Assembly (NCBI GenBank): GCA_965226555.1
Contig: CBDDDG010000020.1
Coordinates: forward strand, 1 to 18,391
Reading direction: 5' to 3'
Source of the DNA: Salinispira sp.
Lineage (GTDB): Bacteria; Spirochaetota; Spirochaetia; DSM-27196; Salinispiraceae
Length of the DNA stretch: 18,391 nt
Shown here: positions 8,864 through 16,832 of the stretch, in pieces
Position numbering within the stretch: position 1 is the first letter of the stretch
How the letters are laid out: each line of letters starts with the position of its first letter
The notes under the pieces: generated by a model
The model's database searches: none
What the model was told of the DNA's origin: nothing
What the model saw: the letters and a program-made list of their open reading frames with translations, nothing else
Program-made: the position numbers and the translations under genes

Positions 8864-10624
8864 ATGCGGCTTTCAGAACTGCTTTCCGCCATGGGGGAAG
8901 GTTCCCGCATGAACGCGGAACCCCCGATTCATGACCGTATTCGAGACCGTGAAATTTCTTCCCTGGAATATGATTCCCGTCATGTTGGTGCAGGTAGCGC
9001 ATTTTTCGCGATACCCGGCGAGCATACTGACGGACACCTCTATATTCAACAAGCCATTGAACGCGGAGCCGCTGCTGTGTTTTGTGAACGCAGCTCGGCT
9101 CAAACTTCAGCGCCAACGGATTCATCCGCGCAAACCACTTCATCCGCGCCCTCCGCTCACCCCCAACCTGTTTTTATTGAAGTGGAAAACTGCCGTATTG
9201 CTCTTTCCCGGGCAAGCGCCTCCTTCTTCAAGAACCCGGGAGATGAACTCCTTATTATTGGAGTAACAGGAACAGATGGCAAGAGCAGCACCGTTTCCTT
9301 CCTGCACCAACTTCTGGAGGACTGTTCTATTCCCACCGGATTCATCTCCACCGTTTCCATACAGACCGGAGACCGAACCTATGACAATACCCTCCGGCAA
9401 TCTACCCCCGAAGCGCCGGACATTCACCGTTTTTTGCGCCGGATGCTTGAGGCGGGAAAACAGGCGGCAATTGTGGAGGCGACCAGTCACGGCCTATCGG
9501 ACAAAACAGCGCGGCTATATTCCCTGAGCTACGATGGAGCCATTTTTACCAACATTGATCATGAACATCTGGATTTTCACGGAAGCTTTGAGCAGTATTT
9601 TTCGGATAAGGCAAATCTCTTCCGAAGGCTCCGTCCGGTAAAGAGCAGCAAACTGCGCCGGAAGAACACTGCGCGATCATCCCAAATCATCCTGCCCCAA
9701 AAACTACCAGACGAATTACCAGACGAACTGCCGCCGCTTGCGGTCATTAACGGCAACGATGGGCAATTTTCGGCATTGAAAAAAATTGCAGAAAAACAGG
9801 GCGCCGTAACATCCGCATTTCGGATAGCCGAAGACAGCAGCGCGGACGGCTGCCGTTCCCGCCGGGCTGCGCCCCGCCACGACGCGCCCCGTCAGGGCGC
9901 CGTAATAGCCGAAGACCGCCATGAAGAATCGGATGCTGCGGAGGTGCGGGCAGATCATATCCGCAGCCATGCCGACTCCTCAAGCTTCCGAATCTCGACC
10001 GGAGAAGAGCAGAGCACTATACGGCTCCCGATACCCGGAAAATTCAACATTGAAAATGTACTTGCCTGCGCCGCAATGCTCCGATATCTTTTTGGAATTC
10101 CCCTTGAAAAAATAGCGGCGGGCATTGAGAAACTGCAGGGTGTAAAGGGACGTATGCTCACAATTTCTCAGGGGCAGAATTTCACTGTTCTTGTCGATTA
10201 CGCCCATACCCCCGGAAGTTTCCGCAGACTCTTTCCCATGCTCAGAGCTGCATGCAAAAAGCGGCTCATTGCCGTTTTCGGATCGGCGGGGGAACGCGAT
10301 GTGGACAAACGGCCGATACAGGGAGACATTGCCTCCCGCTACGCCGACATTCTTATTCTCACAGATGAAGACCCCCGTCTTGAAAATTCCATGATAATAA
10401 TAGATGATATTGCTAGGGGAATAAAAAATTCCGATTGCATTGTATACAAAATTCCAGATCGGCGCAGCGCCATTAAAAAAGCCGTGAACATTGCCGAAGA
10501 AGGAGACATGATCGTAACCCTCGGCAAGGGGCATGAGGGCAGTATAATGCGCGCAGACGGCAAGCTCCCTTGGAATGAAGAGGCGGAAGTCCGTTCGGCA
10601 ATCGCAGATGCGCTCATAGAATAA
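8864..10624 (+). CDS. murE: UDP-MurNAc-L-Ala-D-Glu:diamino acid ligase MurE
   Basis: YDSR..., GVTGTDGKSST (P-loop), EATSHG, TNIDHEHLDFH, VDYAHTP, FGSAGERD..KR, TDEDPR, GKGHE. SD GGGAGG upstream. Confidence 0.95.
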   Translation: MRLSELLSAMGEGSRMNAEPPIHDRIRDREISSLEYDSRHVGAGSAFFAIPGEHTDGHLYIQQAIERGAAAVFCERSSAQTSAPTDSSAQTTSSAPSAHPQPVFIEVENCRIALSRASASFFKNPGDELLIIGVTGTDGKSSTVSFLHQLLEDCSIPTGFISTVSIQTGDRTYDNTLRQSTPEAPDIHRFLRRMLEAGKQAAIVEATSHGLSDKTARLYSLSYDGAIFTNIDHEHLDFHGSFEQYFSDKANLFRRLRPVKSSKLRRKNTARSSQIILPQKLPDELPDELPPLAVINGNDGQFSALKKIAEKQGAVTSAFRIAEDSSADGCRSRRAAPRHDAPRQGAVIAEDRHEESDAAEVRADHIRSHADSSSFRISTGEEQSTIRLPIPGKFNIENVLACAAMLRYLFGIPLEKIAAGIEKLQGVKGRMLTISQGQNFTVLVDYAHTPGSFRRLFPMLRAACKKRLIAVFGSAGERDVDKRPIQGDIASRYADILILTDEDPRLENSMIIIDDIARGIKNSDCIVYKIPDRRSAIKKAVNIAEEGDMIVTLGKGHEGSIMRADGKLPWNEEAEVRSAIADALIE

Positions 10625-10641
10625 GGATGGACTGATTTTTT

Positions 10642-11805
10642 ATGGAAAAAACAATAGTTGCTATTCTCTACGGCGGCAAGTCCAGTGAACATCGCATATC
10701 GAAGATATCGGCAGCCTCAGTTCTGCGGAATTTCGACCGGTCGCGCTTCACTATTATCCTTATCGGGATAGGAGAAAACGGACAGTGGTATCTTCAGGAT
10801 CAGCAGATGGCAGATCGGGTGTATGATGGTGACGAACTGCAGATTTCGGAAGAGAACATTGTTTTCGGAGCGCCGGGCAATGGACTTGTTACAGCCGATA
10901 ATACTCCCGTGCTTGTTGATATTATATTTCCGGTACTTCATGGCGCAAACGGAGAAGATGGAACGGTTCAGGGGTTTCTGGAAACCTTGGATCTGCCCTA
11001 TGTCGGAGCGGGCATTCTTGCCAGCGCCCTCTGTATCAACAAAATACGGGCCAAGGAAATATGGCACAACGCAGGGCTGCCGGTGGTACCTTTCACGAGC
11101 CTCCGGCGAGCGGACAACAGCCAAAACGACACGCCTCAATACACAGCAGGCTCAACAGGCTCAACAGGCTCAACAGAAAAACGCGCCGATATTTTTGAGA
11201 ACCTTGCGGCGCGTTTTGGACTCCCCTTCTTCATTAAACCCTGCCGCGCCGGTTCCTCCATCGGCATAAGTAAGGTGCGGACCTTCGCTGAATTTCAGCC
11301 TGCCATGGAGATGGCCTTCCGCTTCGATTACCGCATTATCGTTGAAAAGGCCATAAACGCGCGCGAAATTGAATGCTCGGTTTTCGGAAATGATACTCTG
11401 CGCTGTTTTCCGCCCGGAGAAGTGATGTCCAGCCACGATTTTTACGATTACAGCAGCAAGTATCTTGATCATGAAAGCTCCGCCTTTGAAATTCCTGCGC
11501 AGCTCAGTACAAAAACACGGCTGCAGATTGAAGATTACGCGCTCAAAGCCTTTCGCGAACTGGGAGGACAGGGACTCGCCCGGGTCGATTTTTTCATTGA
11601 CCGCGATATTGACCGCGATTCGGAAAATATCTACCTTAATGAGATCAATACCATGCCAGGTTTCACAGCCATAAGCATGTACGCGAAAATGTGCGCCGCC
11701 AGCGGTATGAACCTTTCAGCGCTTCTTGAAACCATCACTCATCTGGGCATAGAGCGGCATAAGCAAAAACTCAGCCTCCACCTTCGGTATAACGGGAACA
11801 GGTAA
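10642..11805 (+). CDS. ddl: D-alanine--D-alanine ligase
   Basis: GGKSSEHRIS, FPVLHGANGEDGTVQG, GSSIG, omega loop FYDYSSKY, RVDFF, NEINTMPGFT. Confidence 0.95.
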   Translation: MEKTIVAILYGGKSSEHRISKISAASVLRNFDRSRFTIILIGIGENGQWYLQDQQMADRVYDGDELQISEENIVFGAPGNGLVTADNTPVLVDIIFPVLHGANGEDGTVQGFLETLDLPYVGAGILASALCINKIRAKEIWHNAGLPVVPFTSLRRADNSQNDTPQYTAGSTGSTGSTEKRADIFENLAARFGLPFFIKPCRAGSSIGISKVRTFAEFQPAMEMAFRFDYRIIVEKAINAREIECSVFGNDTLRCFPPGEVMSSHDFYDYSSKYLDHESSAFEIPAQLSTKTRLQIEDYALKAFRELGGQGLARVDFFIDRDIDRDSENIYLNEINTMPGFTAISMYAKMCAASGMNLSALLETITHLGIERHKQKLSLHLRYNGNR

Positions 11806-11810
11806 ATCCT

Positions 11811-14162
11811 ATGCTCACGATACGGATATTTCCGTCCCCTTTTGTATTCATCGTCATTATCGCCTTCATCTTTATCGCTCCCCTACTCCCTGCGCATGAA
11901 TTTACCGAGTATGATGCGCACCCCCCATCCCGCTACGACCGTTATGAATTGCTGCGCCGACGCATTGCGGAAATTCCCGAGCGTAAAGAGAACCTCGCAG
12001 GCGCCGAAGAAATGTTCGACATTCTCCAGCAATACGCCCGTGACAGGAATGTTGACGCCGCCGCATATACCATTTCACAACGCGGCAGGTTTCATAGCTT
12101 CGGGAAAAACCTCGGCTATTCCATAGAAGGCAGCGGAGATGGGTTCATTACCTTTCTTGTGCCTTATGTAGATGAAAAAAATGCGGGAATTCTTGCTGCC
12201 ATGCTCAGCATAATTGATGACATTGTAATGGGCGATATACAGCCGCGCTCTCATGTTGAAATATACTTTCTCGGCAGCATCGATGAAAACAAGGGGGTCA
12301 GGGAATTTGTAAACAATATCAGTTTTCACCCGCCGGATGCGCTGTTTTATCTCAGCAGCGGAGAGATGCTTGGCGATGTCATCCGTCAGGAGCCCGGCAG
12401 TAATGGAAAAATGACCCCCCTCTGGCTGGTGAGGCACATTGAAGAACAGCTCAGCGCATACGAACTTCCCCGAGGACTCTATCATACGCCGCTATACCGG
12501 GCAGGGCTGTTATCCTCGGAGAAAATTGCCCCCCTCCTGAAAGAGAATCTGCAGGCTGTGGGGCTCAGCATTCTTCCCGAATCGCGGGAAGACCTTCCCG
12601 GCAGGAAGTCCCTTCGCTTTCTGGCAGACCTTGTAGTGAATACCGAGGTGCCAGCCGATGATTCAGCAGTCAGCGATCTCCATTATCTTGATGTCGCTCT
12701 TCCGGTTTTCGGGCCGATAATCGCCTTCATCAATGAACGTACCTACATTGTTGTAACACTGGTCATTATTCAGATATTAATTGCCCTGTTTATCACAAAA
12801 AATCTCCGTTTGCGGAGAATCCACCAGCAGGGATGGAACGTTCTTTGTTTTGCCTTCTTCATTCTTGCAGTATGGTTTTCACTTTTTGTGAGCAGGCTTA
12901 TCATCAAAATTCCAGAAATGATACGGGGCATTGACGAAATATTCATGCTCATTCCCATCCCCTTCATTCTCCTCGCCATTTCAATCTTCCTGCTTATCTT
13001 TAAAATCATTATGCTCGCCCTGCATCGCCTGCTCCCGCGCATTGTTACCGATCGGCATACTCATTCATTCTACTCACGAGCAGCAATTATCATGTTCGGA
13101 TTGAATCTGATTATATATGCTTCCATACATATCACCTTCTCCCATTATTTTATCTGGGCAATTCTGATTTCCCTGCTATTCGCGCTCAGCTCACATAGTC
13201 TGCTCAAGTTTTTCTGTCTGGCCGCAGCAGCCCTCCCTCTGCTCATCAGCTTCGCCAATTTCTCATTATTTTTCCATTACGCCGATGCGGCCATAGGTAA
13301 TGTATCTGCCGATTTTCTGGCTGCCTGTATCATCCTGCCCTTTATCTTTATGACTCTTGATATTATCGATCATGCACAATCACCAGAAAAATTACCGAAA
13401 AAAGTAACAGCGGCAATGCTCATTTCCGCGCCGATCATTCTTACCCTCATTGTACTGTTCATTAACCCATTCAGCGTTGAAAACCCGCAGCAGATTCACA
13501 TAGATATTTCCAACACCCTCAGAACATATCTGCCGATTAACAATGGAAGCCGCACAGAGAATACGAGCAATTCAATGCGGATATTTACTATCAGAGCAAC
13601 TTCGAATGCTCCGCTGAGAAATGTTTCGCTGGATACCCCTGCCCTTTCTTTCACTGTTGATACACAAAGCGCCGCTGCCGACCTGCCCCCTCAAATTCTC
13701 CCCGCGCGCTCATACTATGCAATACGCAAAAATACCCTTTTTCGGCGCAGTAGTTACCGCATTGAACTCGGCAGCTCAGAACATCGGCCGCAGAACATAG
13801 CCATACAACTGTTTACCGGAGAAAACGCTACCATTTATCAATCGAATTTTCCGTATATAAGCTCCGGCGAACCGGGGAACATCCGCTTTCTTACCGGCAT
13901 TAATCCGCCGAACCCCCTTGTTTTTGAACTTATTCTGCCAAACACCGTATCTCCGCGTTTTGAAATAGAACTCATACATATGCCCGAGAACGCGGACGAG
14001 GAAAACATCAGAAAAATCGGACAGAACAACAGGCTCTTTACCCTCCAACGCAGGGAGCGGATAATTTTTGAACCTGAGCAGCCGCCAAAAGAACAGGCAA
14101 AAGAACAGGCAAAAGAACAGCCAAAAGAACAGGCAGACGGAGGCGGTAATGAAAATTCATGA
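11811..14162 (+). CDS. Large polytopic membrane protein; N-terminal exported domain with possible degenerate M28 peptidase-like fold
   Basis: 783-aa ORF 5 nt after ddl. It has an N-terminal signal/TM, a soluble region of about 280 aa, a cluster of roughly 8-9 hydrophobic helices and a soluble C-terminal domain. The fold assignment is weak. Confidence 0.75.
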   Translation: MLTIRIFPSPFVFIVIIAFIFIAPLLPAHEFTEYDAHPPSRYDRYELLRRRIAEIPERKENLAGAEEMFDILQQYARDRNVDAAAYTISQRGRFHSFGKNLGYSIEGSGDGFITFLVPYVDEKNAGILAAMLSIIDDIVMGDIQPRSHVEIYFLGSIDENKGVREFVNNISFHPPDALFYLSSGEMLGDVIRQEPGSNGKMTPLWLVRHIEEQLSAYELPRGLYHTPLYRAGLLSSEKIAPLLKENLQAVGLSILPESREDLPGRKSLRFLADLVVNTEVPADDSAVSDLHYLDVALPVFGPIIAFINERTYIVVTLVIIQILIALFITKNLRLRRIHQQGWNVLCFAFFILAVWFSLFVSRLIIKIPEMIRGIDEIFMLIPIPFILLAISIFLLIFKIIMLALHRLLPRIVTDRHTHSFYSRAAIIMFGLNLIIYASIHITFSHYFIWAILISLLFALSSHSLLKFFCLAAAALPLLISFANFSLFFHYADAAIGNVSADFLAACIILPFIFMTLDIIDHAQSPEKLPKKVTAAMLISAPIILTLIVLFINPFSVENPQQIHIDISNTLRTYLPINNGSRTENTSNSMRIFTIRATSNAPLRNVSLDTPALSFTVDTQSAAADLPPQILPARSYYAIRKNTLFRRSSYRIELGSSEHRPQNIAIQLFTGENATIYQSNFPYISSGEPGNIRFLTGINPPNPLVFELILPNTVSPRFEIELIHMPENADEENIRKIGQNNRLFTLQRRERIIFEPEQPPKEQAKEQAKEQPKEQADGGGNENS
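14086..14135 (+). repeat. 12-bp tandem repeat x4 (CAAAAGAACAGS) encoding KEQA/KEQP
   Basis: Directly visible at the 3' end of the membrane protein gene, just upstream of the dinB SD. Confidence 0.9.
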
Positions 14163-15396
14163 AGCGCGCTGGTTTCATGTCGATATGGATGCCTTTTATG
14201 CGTCAATTGAACAGCGTGACAGACCGGAATACAAGAATCGGCCGGTCATTATCGGCGCCATGCCGGGCACCCGCGGAGTAGTTGCAACCTGTTCCTATGA
14301 GGCCAGAGTCTACGGAGTTCACAGTGCCATGCCGATATCGGAAGCATTCAGGCTCTGCCCCGAGGGAGTATACATACCTCCGAGAATAGACTATTACTCG
14401 GAGATATCGAAACAGATATTTACCATCCTTCAGGATTTCAGCCCTGAAATTATCCCGATTTCCATTGATGAGGCCTTCATTAATATGACAGGTACCGAGG
14501 GCATATGGGGAAGAGCGGAAAACGCTGTCCGTCTTTTGAAAGAACGGGTGCTCGCTACCCATGCCCTCACCCTCAGCGTCGGTGTTGCAGCGAACCGGCT
14601 GGTAGCCAAAATGGCTTCCGCCTTCCGAAAACCCGATGGTCTTACCATCGTCGCACATGGAGAAGAGGAGGCCTTTGTCGAACAGCTCAGTCTCAATGCG
14701 CTGTGGGGAGTTGGTAAAAAAACACGGCAGCACCTGGGAGACCTTAATGTTTCCACTATTACAGAACTCAAACAGATACCTCAGGATACTCTTCAGAAAT
14801 TTTTCGGTACCGCAGGCGGAAATTGGCTCTTTCAGGTTATACGGGGCATTGATCCGGGTATTTATAATGATCGTCCCAAAAAACACTCAATAAGTAATGA
14901 GCATACCTTCCCCCACGATTGCAGGAACTCTCAGCAGATTAACGATGTTCTGTTCAACCTTGCCTATGGTATTGTGTTCCGCATGCACTATGAAAACTCC
15001 AGCAGTCATACCCTTGTTCTTAAATTCCGTCTGGGCGATTTTAGTACATCAACTATCCAGAAAACCATTGGACACAGTATCCGAACGGTTGAGGAATGTT
15101 ATGAGCTGGCGATCCAACTTCTCAAACAGAAATGGGACGGCAGAAGCCCGGTGAGGCTCATTGGTCTCGCCCTTTCGGGAGTAGAAAAAATAGAGCGCGG
15201 CGCGCAGGCAGATCTTTTCGATTTTACCGACGGCAGACGCTATCGGATCGAAACCGCTGTTATAGAACTACATAAGAAATACCGCAATCTCAAACTTGCC
15301 AAGGCGCGCACCTTCGTTACCGCAAAAACCGACCAGCCGCATGGCGACCAGCCCCCGCCTCAACACCAGACGCAGCCGCATGGCGACCAGCCCTGA
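14149..15396 (+). CDS. dinB: DNA polymerase IV (Y family)
   Basis: HVDMDAFYASIE, CSYEAR, SIDEAF, AKMAS..KPDG, HhH LWGVGKKT, little-finger VRLIGL. Start moved to ATG 14149 with SD GGAGG (14139-14143). Confidence 0.95.
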   Translation: MKIHEARWFHVDMDAFYASIEQRDRPEYKNRPVIIGAMPGTRGVVATCSYEARVYGVHSAMPISEAFRLCPEGVYIPPRIDYYSEISKQIFTILQDFSPEIIPISIDEAFINMTGTEGIWGRAENAVRLLKERVLATHALTLSVGVAANRLVAKMASAFRKPDGLTIVAHGEEEAFVEQLSLNALWGVGKKTRQHLGDLNVSTITELKQIPQDTLQKFFGTAGGNWLFQVIRGIDPGIYNDRPKKHSISNEHTFPHDCRNSQQINDVLFNLAYGIVFRMHYENSSSHTLVLKFRLGDFSTSTIQKTIGHSIRTVEECYELAIQLLKQKWDGRSPVRLIGLALSGVEKIERGAQADLFDFTDGRRYRIETAVIELHKKYRNLKLAKARTFVTAKTDQPHGDQPPPQHQTQPHGDQP

Positions 15397-15408
15397 ATGC
15401 CCGCGGTC

Positions 15409-15444
15409 TTGTACGATCAGAACATTACATATTACTATTTATCC
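15409..15444 (+). promoter_or_regulatory. Candidate sigma70 promoter giving a leaderless dapL transcript
   Basis: TTGTAC (15409-15414), 18 bp spacer, TACTAT (15433-15438), 6 nt, ATG 15445. No SD. Confidence 0.4.
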
Positions 15445-16701
15445 ATGATTATGATGAACGAAAACTACCGCCGTCTTCAGTATTCCTATCTTTTTTCCAC
15501 CATCGCGAAAAAAGTTGCTGAATTTCAGGCGCGTAATCCGAAGGCCGATGTTATCAGGCTCGGCATAGGCGATGTCGTACATGCGCTGAGTCCCGAAATA
15601 ATTACGGCCTTTCACAAAGGAATTGATGATCAGGCTCAAAACAGCAGTTTTCGCGGCTACGGGCCTGAACAGGGCTATGAATTTCTCCGGAGGATCATTG
15701 CCGATACCGATTTTCCCGGCTGCTCTGTTACTCCCGAAGAAATTTTCATTTCAGACGGCGCAAAATGCGATACCGGAAATTTTCAGGAACTCTTTGCCCA
15801 TTCAGCGCGCGTTGCTGTTCCCGATCCGGTATATCCGGTCTATGTTGATAGTAACGTTATGGCAGGCCGGAGCGGAAATTGGCATGACGGACGCTATGAA
15901 GGATTTTTCTACCTTGAAGGAAATGAAGAAAATGATTTTATCCCGCTGCCCCCCGATCATGGCAGGGCCCCCGATGATCATGCGCCCGATGATCATGGCA
16001 GGTCATACGACCTTATCTATCTCTGCTTTCCGAATAACCCCACCGGAGAAACGGCAACAAAGGAAACGCTGCAAAAGTGGGTAAATTACGCCCGCAGAAA
16101 CCGTTCCCTCATTCTCTACGATGCGGCCTATGTCGGCTTTATCCGCGATGCCTCTCTGCCCCGTTCAATTCTGGAAATTCCGGGAGCGCGGGAAGTGAGC
16201 GTTGAATTCCGCAGCCTCTCAAAGACCGCAGGCTTTACCGGCACCCGCTGCGCCTATACGGTTATTCCGGAAGAATGCATGGTCTACGATCAGGATGAAC
16301 ATGCCCATAGTGTGAAAGACCTGTGGCTGCGCAGGCAGAGTACAAAATTTAACGGGGTAAGTTATCCGGTTCAACGGGCAGCAGAAGCAGTCTTCACCCC
16401 CAGGGGCCAGGCGGATACGCAGTCGCAATGTAATTATTACCTTGAAAATGCCCGACTTGTCCGGGAGCAGATGCTCTCATCGGGGCGGAGGGTCTGGGGG
16501 GGAGAAAACAGCCCCTACATATGGGTTCAGGCCGGAGGTTCCAGCTGGGATCTCTTTGACCGCCTTCTCAATGATGCAATGGTACTCATTACCCCCGGAG
16601 CCGGTTTCGGCACATGCGGAGAAGGATACATACGGATAAGCGCCTTTAATCATCGCGGGAAAATCGAAGAGGCTCTGGAACGCATTTCGGGTGTTTTGTG
16701 A
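15445..16701 (+). CDS. dapL: LL-diaminopimelate aminotransferase
   Basis: NENY..LQ.SYLF, LGIGDV, GYGPEQGY, SDGAKCD, PNNPTG, DAAY, PLP lysine motif SLSKTAGFTGTRC. Start at MIMMNENY (15445) fits the usual DapL N-terminus; 15397 is the alternative. Confidence 0.93.
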   Translation: MIMMNENYRRLQYSYLFSTIAKKVAEFQARNPKADVIRLGIGDVVHALSPEIITAFHKGIDDQAQNSSFRGYGPEQGYEFLRRIIADTDFPGCSVTPEEIFISDGAKCDTGNFQELFAHSARVAVPDPVYPVYVDSNVMAGRSGNWHDGRYEGFFYLEGNEENDFIPLPPDHGRAPDDHAPDDHGRSYDLIYLCFPNNPTGETATKETLQKWVNYARRNRSLILYDAAYVGFIRDASLPRSILEIPGAREVSVEFRSLSKTAGFTGTRCAYTVIPEECMVYDQDEHAHSVKDLWLRRQSTKFNGVSYPVQRAAEAVFTPRGQADTQSQCNYYLENARLVREQMLSSGRRVWGGENSPYIWVQAGGSSWDLFDRLLNDAMVLITPGAGFGTCGEGYIRISAFNHRGKIEEALERISGVL

Positions 16702-16760
16702 GCGACCGTGTATAACAGGTATAGGCAAGCCTGCCAGCGGTCAATCCGGGATTTGTTCAG

Positions 16761-16808
16761 ATGTCCGGGATTGCTTCCCGTACAGAACCCCCCGGACATT
16801 CCCGGGGG
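16761..16808. terminator. GC-rich hairpin(s) between convergent genes; possible terminator
   Basis: CCCCCGG-acattc-CCGGGGG (16789-16808), with an alternative pairing ATGTCCGGG (16761-16769)/CCCGGACAT (16791-16799). No clear U-tract. Confidence 0.35.
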
Positions 16809-16832
16809 TATTCATTGCGGTTTGTTGGTGGT

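Noticed and set aside
10642..11805. Van-type or D-Ala-D-Lac ligase
   Set aside because: The omega loop keeps FYDY..KY with Tyr, typical of D-Ala-D-Ala ligases, and there are no vanH/vanX neighbours.
14068..14148. N-terminal RQKN-repeat extension of DinB (and the similar 1264-1455 extension of the LuxR ORF)
   Set aside because: These are alternate-frame readings of the upstream genes. Better starts exist at 14149 (with SD) and 1263.
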